Assembly: GCA_951406725.2 (NCBI GenBank)
Contig: OX597831.1
Coordinates: forward strand, 70,308,001 to 70,372,000
DNA length: 64,000 nt
Reading direction: 5' to 3'
Source: Octopus vulgaris
Lineage: Eukaryota
The stretch's first letter is position 1; each line of letters opens with the position of its first letter. The translations under genes were made by a program, and so were the position numbers. Below the pieces are notes generated by a model that made no database searches, had not been told where the DNA came from, and saw nothing but the letters and a program-made list of their open reading frames with translations. Of the stretch, positions 24,467 to 36,991 are shown in pieces.

Positions 24467-24499
<33 letters not shown>

Positions 24500-24595
24500 A
24501 AGTTAATCCAAACAAGAAAGTACAAAAAACACAACACGAGGACATGGAACAAATACAGTATTATTGGACGCTCAGGAAAGAAGGAAAGAAGGAGG

Positions 24596-24630
24596 GTTTA
24601 ACGTTTCGAGCGGAGCTCTTCGTCGGAAAC
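24596..24630 (-). ncRNA. Minimal type-I hammerhead motif (U4C core, extra 9b A) within a (TA)n-flanked element at ~24500-24660
   Basis: Minus strand: GUUU-CCGACGA-A-GAGC(UCC)GCUC-GAA-ACGU-U-AAAC. Confidence 0.7.
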
Positions 24631-25527
24631 ATAGGAGAAGGAAAGACAGAGGAAAAAATGTTTATATATATATATTTGTAAAATGGAAAGGAATGACTTC
24701 ACTGGTAGTTCTAATCAGTTTAATTTAATGTTTTTTAAGTTTTTAATAATATAAATTTTAGTTCATAGATCTAGTAAGTTTTTTGACAACTTAGGTGAGG
24801 AGAATTTTTTTGAAAATATTTTCTTGTTAACTTCTTTGGAGAACTGTCTTTCATTCCTTGTCAAATAGATCAGAGGATTTGGGGTTTTGTGATTCTATAT
24901 ATGGGATTTAGGTGTGTTTGGGGTGGTGTTAGGGTTTATGAATCAGTGAGGGAGTGAAAAACTGTTGATGAATAATAGTTGAAAGATACTAGTGAATGGT
25001 CAAGGCAAGATACTTGATTTGGGAAATGGGGGAGGTATTAAAGGAGTGCTTTGTGAAGCCATTTGATTAGTTGACCTTTCATCTGAAATCTAATGACCTG
25101 ATGTTTTACCAAATTATTGCTTTTAGTCATTTTCTATGTTTCAGTTCTGTGTATGGGGTGGTGGTGTTAATGAGGTATAAGATACATGTCTTTTGATAAA
25201 AATGTTTGTTGATAGAAGTGTTTTTTTTATATATATTTTGGTTTGTGAGGGGCAGTGTTGAAGATCATGCTAGCTCACATATTTATTTCCCTACATATTA
25301 TAAGCAAAAATTAAATATTCATTTCTCCCTCTCGCTGTCTCTCTCTATACATACACATGCACACATATATACACACACATACACACGCACACATATATAT
25401 ATATGTATACATGCATTCACACCTATACAAATGTACACAAAGATATATATATATATTAATAAATAAAACATATATATATATACATATATGTACGTACCTA
25501 CCTCTACATGTATATATACACACATAT

Positions 25528-25830
25528 ATGAGTACAGGGCACCAAAAAAACGTCGAACACAATGAGAAACGAAAACATAGACACAAACCCAAGGAACTGG
25601 ACATTTTTCTTAAACAACAAAAAAATAGAGTACAGGACAAATAACACAAGGAAAAAAACCCCTTCTTCAGTCGCCATGGTTTCATCTACTCTACGTTTCG
25701 AAGGTGAAAGCGAGGCATATCTTCGAAAGAAACTTTCCTTCCTGCGAAAAGCAAATCAAATATAATTTGAGATCTTTTTGCAGAGGGGTAAAAATGGTAA
25801 CAAAACCAGGACAGTAACGACAGTACAAAT
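25528..25830. mobile_element. Unclassified ~300-bp element between (TA)-rich tracts
   Basis: CpG-containing insert bounded by TA repeats; the minus strand has GAAACGUA and CUGAAGA but no clean stem I. Confidence 0.45.
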
Positions 25831-26967
25831 ATATATATATATATAGCAAAATAATCAACAAGGATATCCAGGTAATGCAGTACAATCGTTTCCTGAGGGG
25901 ATGGGCATGACTGAAACACCATTTGTCATAAATCTACTCAACCAGAGCCTGACCAAGGTTAAACAACAAAAGTGATAGTTCTATTGTGTTCCTGCCATAT
26001 GGTACATCTTTTTGGCTGAATGTCTTGGCTGCTTGAGAATTAATGCCTTGCCAATTTCAGGATAGGAAACTAGCAAACACTTGTTTGCCATCCTTTACTT
26101 TCAAGTCTATTTCCTCACTATTCAAATATTTTCTATGGAGGTATTATGTTGATGACTAGTGAAATTTTAAGGTTTATTTATTTTTTATTTGTTGTCTTTT
26201 CCTGAAACCAGTCGACTGTGAGTTGAAAGTGATGCTTGTTCCATGTAAGGGAGTCTGTAACACATTGATTAATGTATCTTACAAGAAACACAATACAATT
26301 TTGCTATTAAAGTTTGAACATAAGATCACAGGAACAATGGTTTTTGTTCAAAGCATTTAACCATCAATTCAGCTACGTAAACATTCTTTTCCACTGTCCT
26401 GTACTTACAATACCTGTTTGTTGTATAAGAAAGAGTGGTGCATATACTTTCAACAAAAGTATATTGATTAATTGTGCATAAGGAACGGGTTATTTTAGCC
26501 ATGTAGAATAATTAAAGATCTAAATTATCTAGAGAGTGATTGACTCTAACAACCAATAGATCAAGATTTCATTTTAGTAAGAATTAACATCAGTTTTGAT
26601 ATATTTTAGACTACATGATCTTTAGTTAGATTGTATAAACTCTATAAAAGCCAGCAGTGAGCTAAGTTTCCCAATAAGAATGCAACCACTAATAAATAAT
26701 CTATCACCCAGCAAATTTTAATTAATCAGTTCTAAGTAAACATTTAGGATTAATTTAAAATAATTATGCAGTTAAAATCTATTTTGCTTTTAAATTACTA
26801 GATTACTTTTTATCATAGAACCCAGATTCAAATATTTTCCTCCACAAAAGACATAAGGGAAATTGAACCCAATTAACCTTGAGTGCCAAGCGATAAATAA
26901 CATCAGTTTCTGAGCTACACATCTAGAACACATAGAAATGTACATTTTAATATAAAAAAAATAGTTT

Positions 26968-27078
26968 AGAATAAGTACTAGGCTTACAAAGAATAAGTCA
27001 TTGGGTTGATTTGTTTGTCTAAAGGTGGTGCTCCAGCATGGCCACCGTCAAATGACTGAAACAAATAAAAGAATAAAA
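26968..27078 (+). mobile_element. SINE family A, 3' tail only
   Basis: AGAATAAGTACTAGGCTTACAAAG...GACTGAAACAAATAAAAG. Confidence 0.85.
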
Positions 27079-27168
27079 AGTGGTAAGACTACTAAATAGA
27101 AACACGTAAAAATCTGAGGATATTGTCTTGAATTACCATCTGGGAAATATAGTTCTAATGTTGCATCA

Positions 27169-27383
27169 CTACTCTTTTACTCTTTTACTTGTTTCAATCA
27201 TTTGACTGCGGCCATGCTGGAGCACCGCCTTTAATCAAGCAACTCGACCCCGGGACTTATTCTTTTTGTAAGCCCAGTACTTATTCTATCAGTCTCTTTT
27301 TGCCCAACCGCTAAGTAACGGGGACATAAACACACCAGCATCGGTTGTCAAGCAATGCTAGGAGGACAAACACAGACACACAA

Positions 27384-27426
<43 letters not shown>

Positions 27427-27587
27427 TACGACGGGCTTCTTTCAGTTTCCGTCTACCAAATCCACTCACAAGGCATTGGTCGGTCTGAGGCTATAGTAGA
27501 AGACACTTGCCCAAGGTGCCATGCAGTGGGACTGAACCCGGAACCATGTGGTTGGTAAGCAAGCTACTTCCCACACAGCCACTCCTA
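27169..27587 (-). mobile_element. SINE family A
   Basis: Full reverse-complement match. Confidence 0.92.
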
Positions 27588-27599
27588 CTATCATCAGCT

Positions 27600-28400
27600 G
27601 ATTGAGAAACACACTTCATTGTTTACAACACATCAGTATCCCTTCAGATTTAAATTGACTTCAAGTCATTTTCTTGATATATTCAATCAAATTCACATCA
27701 ATATTCATCAGGAACTTATAAAATTTGCAATACTTCCTCAATTGAAGATAATTTGAACTCTTGACTAATCCTATTCAGAACATTCAAAATGCTCGAAACA
27801 TCTTTCCACATGGCACTGTATGTGGGAAGACACTTATAACTAGCTTAATTCTATATTTCCAACCTACATTTATTCTAATTAGACAATCTGTCTATAGTTT
27901 CAGCCAAATTTTTATGTGGCATTTGCCAGTTCCCACTATATTGGGAATTCAGTTCAACATCAAGTCTGAAATTTTTGATAAATCCAGAAATATGGCCCTA
28001 GTGGTTTAGCCATGTTATATTATTATACTTGCAGGAAATAACCCAGCCAAAAATCTGGTACAACCCAACTTTTTGAACTAATTAGTGTTCAATTTCTCCA
28101 AGAACATAAGAAATCTTTCCTGTATCCATTTTGCCATGGTAACATGATGAGATGATTATTACAAGTTTGAATATTTCTTTTTAAACTGTTGCAGTAAATA
28201 GTTTTATGACCAAAGATTTCTCCTATACTTGGATAGGGTAATAGAAAACAACTGAAAAACATTTTCCAGTAAAATCAGTAGATTCTTTACTTACAGACTC
28301 ACATTGGTCATAATGTGAGAAGCTTTTACTTTTGAGCCTTGAATGTTTTCTTATCCAATAAAACAGAGACGGCATATTCTGAAAACTTTACATATTCTTA
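27600..28400 (-). pseudogene. Ancient LINE RT remnant
   Basis: TTRAIFLDLSKISDLM (~27955-28005) resembles the RT motif AIFLDLSKAFD; many stops. Confidence 0.45.
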
Positions 28401-29495
28401 TGTGAAAAGATTAAATTATTTTCTAATTTTTGTTTTTAATGACAGTGAGACAAGAAAGAGCAGCTCTTATAACCAATTTTATTATCCTTATAACTAGTGG
28501 CAGACAGCAAAGGTGTATTTAAACTATTGACCTGGCTCAAATGCAAGAGACAGAATAGTCTGCTAAATGAATCCAATGCTAGGTGATGGTATTAAACTCC
28601 ATTATGAATGAAATCTACAAAATAAGGAAAGTATTAGGCTTAACCAAAGGAAGAAAAATCTTAATAACAAAACAATAAATATTGATAAGAACTCTGAGAA
28701 AATAATAGGAACTAGGGCTTATATCCACCTGACTGTTTTCTAAAAATATGATGCCATCCTATCACAGACAACAGAGCACACAGCACTTCTAATCCCAACA
28801 AATATTTACTAAGCAAGAGTATGAAATGCCTGCAGTGAATTTAAACTGAATGCCTCAGGGCTGCCAACACAGTGACTTCTTGATCAACTTAGCATATTTT
28901 CCTTTTCTAATAGAAATGTTTGATCTTCATCATATTGCATTATGTCTATACTCCAGTACAAATGGTTGTGTGTTTAAGAAGTTCACTTGGCAACTACAAT
29001 GTTTTGGATTCAGTCCCACTTTGCAACAACATAGTTGAGTGTCGAAAGTTTTGTAGACAGAAATTTATGTTGCTGCTCTTCAGAGAAATCACTCCTGTTC
29101 TTTGTTGCCCTGTTTAATACCATCACCTAGCATTGGATTCATTTAGCAGACTATTCTGTCTCTTGCATTTGAGCCAGGTCAATAGTTTAAATACACCTTT
29201 GCTGTCTGCCACTAGTTATAAGGATAATAAAATTGGTTATAAGAGCTGCTCTTTCTTGTCTCACTGTCATTAAAAACAAAAATTAGAAAATAATTTAATC
29301 TTTTCACATAAGAATATGTAAAGTTTTCAGAATATGCCATCTCTGTTTTATTGGATAAGAAAACATTCAAGGCTCAAAAGTAAAAGCTTCTCACATTATG
29401 ACCAATGTGAGTCTGTAAGTAAAGAATCTACTGATTTTACTGGAAAATGTTTTTCAGTTGTTTTCTATTACCCTATCCAAGTATAGGAGAAATCT
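28214..29495. repeat. 384-bp inverted repeat (arms 28214-28597 and 29112-29495, 514-bp spacer)
   Basis: Arms are reverse complements; I found one mismatch (C28370). Confidence 0.95.
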
Positions 29496-30531
29496 AAGAT
29501 CATTCCAAGAGATTTGACACTTATTCCTTACAATTAGATGAGCTGAAATATATAAAAGTATCTTTCTGAAAAATATAACAGAATGCCTCCATAAGATTTG
29601 AACTTATGTGCTATTTGCACCAATGCTCTCACCTCACAGTCTGCTGTGAATTTCTTAATGCTAATGAAAATCTAAAATTTCCAGAGAACTCTAATCCATG
29701 TTTGAAGAGATAAATAGATAAAATGCCGAAAAGAAATCCAAATAAAAATGGAATCTGCCATGCCAGTATGAAAAATGGGATAATAATTGATATTTATGCT
29801 TTTAGCCAAATATAAAAAAAAACGATGTGCAAGTACTTCAGAATCCATCACGCTGTTTCAATAGCAAAGCTCTAGTCAGGGTCCATTTGTTATTGAGTTA
29901 ATCAAATTTGCCAATGCTATATGGATGAGAAAACACAGTAATATTTTAGCCTTATCCTTTTCCGGGTGAATCATAACTTCACAAAAGGCAAGGGTTTGAA
30001 CAAACATGGAAATTTGTAGTTATCAGTTGAATGCATTCTATCAATTATCCTATAAGTTTTATTTTATATTTAAATTTCGTTCGGACATATTGAATAGTTT
30101 CATTAAACGAGAAGATATAATCCACCGCTTTCTTTTGATTCAAAGAACTATTCCTATTCAACATCCGTTTTCCCATATTTCTGTGACTGAATTGTGAATT
30201 CTTGCAACAAAGAAAGGGAAAAATCTATTACTAAAACATGATTACATTGATGGTTTAGATTATTTTTACTGATATTTGATTCAATGAGGCATTAATTCTA
30301 ATCGAATCAAAAATAAGCCCTCCCAAATAAATGACAATTTTGATAACTTACAATATTCATTTAGAAAAGGATGTGAAGCAATATACCAAGAAAGTAATAT
30401 ATCTCAGTATATTGCCATATATCATTAGAGTTCATCTGCATGATGGAAGGGAAATATTATAGCTGTAAAAGTGCAACTGGAGTACAAACCATAGCACTAC
30501 ATTCATTGTACAATCATTTTTTTTTTACACC

Positions 30532-30880
30532 TATGCAATGCACAAGAATTTTCTTACCTCTGTTTTCATGGTTACATAACAGCATTTACTATTTCATAGT
30601 CAAGAGTTCAAAAAGTGGAAGCTTACATCTGTGAAAGCACTTCTTTTATAACACGCTAATGTTAAGGTTTTTTAAGCCATTCATTTTACTCCAATAAAGA
30701 AAAAAGTAATGTATAGGCACAGGAGTGGCTGCGTGGTAAGTAGCTTGCTAACCAACCACATGATTCCAGGTTCAGTCCCACTGCGTGGCATCTTGGGCAA
30801 GTGTCTTCTGCTATAGCCCCGGGCCGACCAATGCCTTGTGAGTGGATTTGGTAGACGGAAACTGAAAGAAGCCTGTCGTA

Positions 30881-30919
<39 letters not shown>

Positions 30920-31314
30920 TTGTTTGTCTGTGTTTGTCCCCCTAGCATTGCTTGACAACCGATGCTGGTGTGTTTACGTCCCCATCACTTAGCGGTTCGG
31001 CAAAAGAGACCGATAGAATAACTACTGGGCTTACAAAGAATAAGTCCCGGGGTTGATTTGCTCGACTAAAGGCGGTGCTCCAGCATGGCCGCAGTCAAAT
31101 GACTGAAACAAGTAAAAGAGTAAAAGAGTATGCAATGCACAAGAATTTTCTTACCTCTGTTTTCATGGTTACATAAAAACATTTACTATTTCGTAGTCAA
31201 GAGTTCAAAAAGTGGGAACTTACACCAGTGAAAACACTACCTTTATAACACGTTAATGTTAAGTTATTTTTAAGCCATTCATTTTACTCCAATAAAGAAA
31301 AAAAGTAACGTATA
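30532..31314. repeat. ~185-bp direct repeats (30532-30715 and 31129-31314) bracketing a SINE
   Basis: TATGCAATGCACAAGAATTTTC...AAGTAA(T/C)GTATA on both sides; roughly 15 differences by eye. Confidence 0.9.
30716..31128 (+). mobile_element. SINE family A, full length
   Basis: GGCACAGGAGTGG to GTAAAAGAG. Confidence 0.93.
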
Positions 31315-31774
31315 TCAGTTGAAACAATTTGATAGAACTTGACTATAGAATGTAAGTGAACTCCCAGTGAACTACATCGCTCCAACCTTAATCATCTCAA
31401 CTTTGATTTCTTTCTCTCCTATAGGTCAGTAAGTCAATCACACATTGAGAGTTACAAAACATAATTGGCAACCAACTCTGTATTCCATATCTGAAAATGA
31501 TAAATACAATATTGATTAATTAAACTCCATTCAAATAATTATTTTAATGAAATAATTTTCAAAATATGCTTTGTCAAGATTTTGTATAAACATTAATCTC
31601 TCTGTTGAACCAAAACTGGGACTTTTTAACCATTTCTGATAGAACTGTTTCATATCTTCTGTTGCTGTTCCAGTGAGTTTGGTCATATTCAGCAGCCTAA
31701 AGTGGGATAGACACAGCCCTGCTGTCTTTTACAAGAAGATTAATTAAATGTCTAATCTTTCAGATGAATTGTTG

Positions 31775-31820
<46 letters not shown>

Positions 31821-31922
31821 ATCCAAACAAGAAAACACAGAAAAAAAAGAGAAAAAACACAGCAATGCGAGGACGTGGAACAATTAAAGTATTATTGACG
31901 CTCAGGAAAGAAGGGAAGGAGG

Positions 31923-31957
31923 GTTTAACGTTTCGAGCAGAGCTCTTCGTCGGAAAC
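31923..31957 (-). ncRNA. Minimal type-I hammerhead motif (U4C, 9b A), second copy, in an element at ~31815-32100
   Basis: Minus strand: GUUU-CCGACGA-A-GAGC(UCU)GCUC-GAA-ACGU-U-AAAC; differs from the 24596 copy only in loop II. Confidence 0.7.
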
Positions 31958-32279
31958 AAGGAGAAGGAAAGATCCCAAGAAGGGAAGACAGAGGAAAAAA
32001 TATTTTTGCTGGTGGTGCTCAAGAGATCACATGTTGAAAGAACAGAAGTTGAGAGGTAGACGAATCATGGTTTTTAAAAGCAAGAGAGTTTCAAAAAAAG
32101 GTGTGTGTGCAAGGATGACAAGTTTGTTTGTTTGTGCGTGTGTGTGTGTGTGTGTGTATTTATGGTGAATAATAAGCAATGGCAAGTAGGCTGTCATAAG
32201 GCACTCCTTTATGACTACTAGCTTCTTTGTATCCAGCCAGGTCAAAGCCAGGTCAAAAAACAAAGGGGTATATGTATCG

Positions 32280-32764
32280 TGTGTGTGTGTGCATGTGTGT
32301 GTTCGTGTGTGTATGCGTAGAGTGTGGGTGTGTGGCGAGTAACTGCTTAACCTAGTGCATGTGTGTGTATGTGTAGGGATGTGTGTGGGTTCATTTGTGT
32401 GAGTGTGTATGTATGTACGTGTATGTGTGTGCGTGTATGTGTGCGTTTGCATGTGTTTGTGTGTATGTGTGCGTGCGCGGATAGGTGCATATTGTGTATG
32501 TATATCTGTCGGTGTGTATGTGAGTTTGTGTGTGTTTGTACGTGTGTATGTGTGTGGGAGTGTATAGTATATATATGTAAATGTGTGTGTGTATGCGTGT
32601 GTGTGTACGTGCGTGCGAGTGAATGTATGTATATATGTGTGCGTGTGTGTACAATGTAGAGGCTTATATGTGTGTTTATATGTTTATATGTATGTGTGTA
32701 TGTGTGTATGTGTATGTATGTATGTATATGTATGCGTGTGTGTATGTTTATATGTATGTGTGTA

Positions 32765-32795
<31 letters not shown>

Positions 32796-32940
32796 GTGTA
32801 TGTATGTATGTATGTATGTATGTGTATGTGTATGTATGTGTGTGTGTATGTATGTATGTACGTACGTATGTATATATGTGTGTGTGTATGTGTGTAAGTG
32901 TGTATGTATGTATGTATGTACGTAATGTGTGTGTGTGTTT
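32280..32940. repeat. Very long degenerate (TG)/(TA)/(TATG) microsatellite
   Basis: Visible; runs directly into the 3' half of a SINE A. Confidence 0.9.
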
Positions 32941-33133
32941 GTGTGTCTGTGTTTGTCCCCCTAGCATTGCTTGACAACCGATGATGGTGTGTTTATGTCC
33001 CCATTACTTAGTGGTTCGGCAAAAGAGACCGATAGAATAAGTACTGGGCTTACAAAAGAATAAGTTGCTCGATTAAAAGGCGGTGCTCCAGCATGGCTGC
33101 AGTCAAATGACTGAAACAAGTAAAAGAGTAAAG
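32925..33133 (+). mobile_element. SINE family A, 3' half
   Basis: GTGTCTGTGTTTGTCCCCCTAGC...GTAAAAGAG. Confidence 0.88.
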
Positions 33134-33344
33134 AATGTATGTTGTTTAGATATTCATTTATCATCAGATGCTGCCTTCTTTGTTAGAAAGAATGCAATTA
33201 GAGAACATACGGGTAACTACACCCAGTGCAAGCTATGGGCACATAAGAGGCGCAGTGGAATCGCATATAGTTTAACAATGAAAGTCATCTTTTTATGTGG
33301 TAGATGCACAGAAAAAATAAGTGCTAGAACACATGGAAAGTAGA

Positions 33345-34455
33345 CACTCTGAAATGCCAAGGAGGCTCTCTTGTAGTTGTAGATAGTTTCTTTTACCTAA
33401 GTGAGTGGTGGAGGATGTCCTGAAAGTATTGTTGCCTGAGGTAGAATATGATGGAGAAAGTTCAGAGAACTATTACCTCCGTTGATAACAAAAGGACTCC
33501 CTGGCAGAGGGAAAGGCAGATTGTATGATGCTTGAGTATCACAGTAGTGAGGTATGGGCTCTGAATGCAGAAGACATGCATATAATAGAGAGGAATAAAG
33601 TTAGTATGCTCTATGCAACATCAGGGTGCATTTATGACAAAGTGCAAATGTGTTGAAGGAAAAAATTTGACATAAGAGGAATCAGATCTGGAGAGGACTT
33701 GTCCACCTCGGCAAAACTGAACACTGGAAGCACTGTGTCAACCACCAACATGTAACATTAAGTTTTCACACACCCCACCCCAATAAGCCACACAACATCT
33801 CCTCTTCTCATCCTTCTTCCCCCCTCCTCTCTTCTTCTCTTCATAACACTTCCTCTTTTCTATATACTATATTTATCTCTCCCTCCCCACTCCTGCATTC
33901 CAGTCATGTTCCCCCCACCCTGCCAACTGTATCCTTGCTATCCTGTTGTCACCCCCTCTCTATATACCCAGATTTCATCTGGCACTCCATACCCCCAGCT
34001 TCCCCTCTTTTTGCATTCACATGAACTCCTTTCTTATGCACCCTTGACAATGCTCTACCATTCCACTTAGTTTCTCGTCCCAGTAACTTGAGTCTATGTT
34101 CTGGCACATCACCACCTTCTCTCTTTCTCCCTCTCAACTTTCCTCTCTTTCATTCTCATTCAGTCTCTTTCTGTCTGTGTCTCTGTCTGTCTGTCTGCCT
34201 CTCTCTCTCTTTCTCCCTCTCTAACTATCTATCTATCTAGCTAGCTAGCTATCTCTATCTCACTGTCCCCTGACTGTAGTAACCACATGTCTCCCCTACT
34301 GCAAGACATCTATTTCTGTCCCTCTGTCATAATCTAACCTCTCATCACCTGGCATAAAGTCACCTCCTGGCATTTGGAAGGGTATCCAGCCGTAAAAGCT
34401 ATGCCAAAATAGACTGTGGAACTTGGTGCAGTTCTCTGGCCTACCACTTCCTGTC
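33345..34455 (+). mobile_element. Decayed RTE LINE 3' region
   Basis: VVDSFFYL, GGGCPESIVA, WRKFRELLPPLITKG...GKGRLYDA, SEVWAL, followed by a CT-rich UTR and RTE tail. Confidence 0.75.
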
Positions 34456-35100
34456 AACAAACAGCAATATTCACCCTGTTATGTTTAAACTTGACAGATG
34501 CTTTAAGGGGAATGCTCCACCAGTATTCTTAGTGTTGATGTTTGTCTATATACTCCATAACAGGAAGATTTGCTATATTTATTCTAGGACAGTCTTCTTT
34601 CTAAATGGCATTGTATATTGCTTTTGTTATAACTTTGTACGTATTTATGCATATATGTACAATCATACAATCATTCCAGCGGTTCCTGCAACCTCTTGGG
34701 TTTGCTTTCGACAAATCTCTTTTTCCGTTGGTTCCTGTGTCTCTTTTGGATGCCTTTTCTACTTTTTACCCAATACATCATTTTACCTTTGCATTTGGTA
34801 ATTATTCTATCTTCCCAACTCTGCTTTCCATTCTTACATGCCCTCATATTCACCTTTTCACCAACTGTAAAGAATCTGTTCTTACCAGGTGGCAATTTAT
34901 CAAAGACTGATTTTACATTCCTTGCAAGCATCAGCTCCACTGGTGAGCCACCTGCTGGTGTATTCAGATTTGATGTCACATGGTACACTCTTAAACTGTT
35001 GTAGAGCTACCTCACCCATGACTTCCTCATTCGATATTTTAAGGGCTCTTTTGAAGGTATCGACAAAGCATTCTGCCTATCCATTAGATCTGGGTGGTAT

Positions 35101-35515
35101 GGCGGCGAGCTGGCAGAAGCGTCAGCACGCCGGGCGAAATGCGTAGCCGTATTTCGTCTGCCGTTACGTTCTGAGTTCAAATTCTGCCGAGGTCGACTTT
35201 GCCTTTCATCCTTTCGGGGTCGATTAAATAAGTACCAGTTACGCACTGGGGTCGATATAATCGACTTAATCCATTTGTCTGTCCTTGTTTGTCCTCTCTG
35301 TGTTTAGCCCCTTGTGGGTAGTAAAGAAATAGAAATAGGTATTTCGTCTGCCGCTACGTTCTGAGTTCAAATTCCGCCGAGGTCGACTTTGCCTTTCATC
35401 CTTTTGGGGTCGATTAAATAAGTACCAGTTACGCACTGGGGTCGATATAATCCGTTTGTCTGTCCTTGTTTGTCCTCTCTGTGTTTAGCCCCTTGTGGGT
35501 AGTAAAGAAATAGGT
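35101..35515 (+). mobile_element. SINE family B, full copy plus 5'-truncated tandem copy, inserted in the Gypsy integrase
   Basis: GGCGGCGAGCTGGCAG head; the second unit starts at ~35338; GGTAT at the left flank, the junction and the right flank. Confidence 0.92.
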
Positions 35516-36756
35516 ATGGCACCATAGTTATATGTTCTACTGTGAATGTTTCACAAAATTTTTTAAATTCGCAAGACACAAATTGTGTTCCGTTCTCAGA
35601 CACTATCTTGTCTGAGATGTCAAATCTTGCAAGCAATTCATGTAAAATATTTATTACGGTTGAGGAGGTTGATTTTTTACACTTACAAATTTCAGGCCAT
35701 TTCGAAAAACTATCAACTACCTCTAAATAGTAAGAACCGTTTAAAGAACCAGTGAAATCGATGTGTAGTCACGGAACATCTACTTTTGGCCAAGCTTCAA
35801 TTTTTATAGTTGGTAATTTTGCTGATAGAGCACATCCGCTGCAGCCTGTCATCAATTTTTCGATTTCTCTGTCCATTTTTGGCCAGTATACATAACTCCA
35901 AAGTAAAGCTTTCATCCTTGAAATATCCGGATATCCGACATGAAATTCTCTTAACATTTTGTTTTGTAGTGTGTTTCTGGTATTACTACTCTGTGTGCAT
36001 ACATCAGTACACTATCATACATTGAGTATAGGGTCATGCCTTGCTTTCGTTTCACAGTAAACCTATTCCTATTTGCTTCTGTTGACGACAATGTTCATTT
36101 TGTTTCCCTTATAAACTGGTCTTTTAATATATTCCGCTTTATATCTCAGTAACTCTCGAAATACGTTCCACATCACGTTTTTTTTTTTATTTCACCTTCA
36201 GTTCTTAGAGCTGTGATTACCCATATATTCGAATGGTTTACCGTGTTTTAGTATCAATCTGGACAAACCATCCACATGCCCTAGTTTTTCGACGGCAAAT
36301 ACTCGAATACTCCATTCTGTAGTCGTAATTTAATAGTACAGTTCCCCATTTCTGTAGTCTTTTTTGCTGTGTGTTTTGGGATTCCTTTTTTGGAACCATA
36401 TATTGTCAGTAGTGGGCGGTGATGTGTTTGCAAACAGAAACGTCTTCCATGAATAAATCTATGGAACTTCTTGACACCATATATAATTGCAAACAACTTC
36501 TTTTTCTATCTGACTACAATACTTTTCAGCTGGCAATAACAACCTTGACGCATGGGCTATAGCCTTTCTTCTGTCATCGTCCCGCTTGTGGTGTAGGAGC
36601 ACTGCTCCAACCCCGTACTCACTAGCATCTGTAGCCAGTATCGTTTCCAACTTTAGATCGAAATGTGTTAGTGATAGGACAGAAGTTAAAATATTTTTTA
36701 ACTCCTCAAATACCTTCTAGCACTTATCTGTCCAAAACCATTTTGTATTCTTTTTC

Positions 36757-36913
36757 AGGAGTGGCTGTGTGGTAAGTAGCTTGCTTACCAGCCACATGGT
36801 TCCGGGTTCAGTCCCACTGCGTGGCATCTTGGGCAAGTGTCTTCTGCAATAGCCCCGGGCCGATCAATGCCTTGTGAGTGGATTTGGTAGACGGAAACTG
36901 GAAGAAGCCTGTC

Positions 36914-36991
<78 letters not shown>

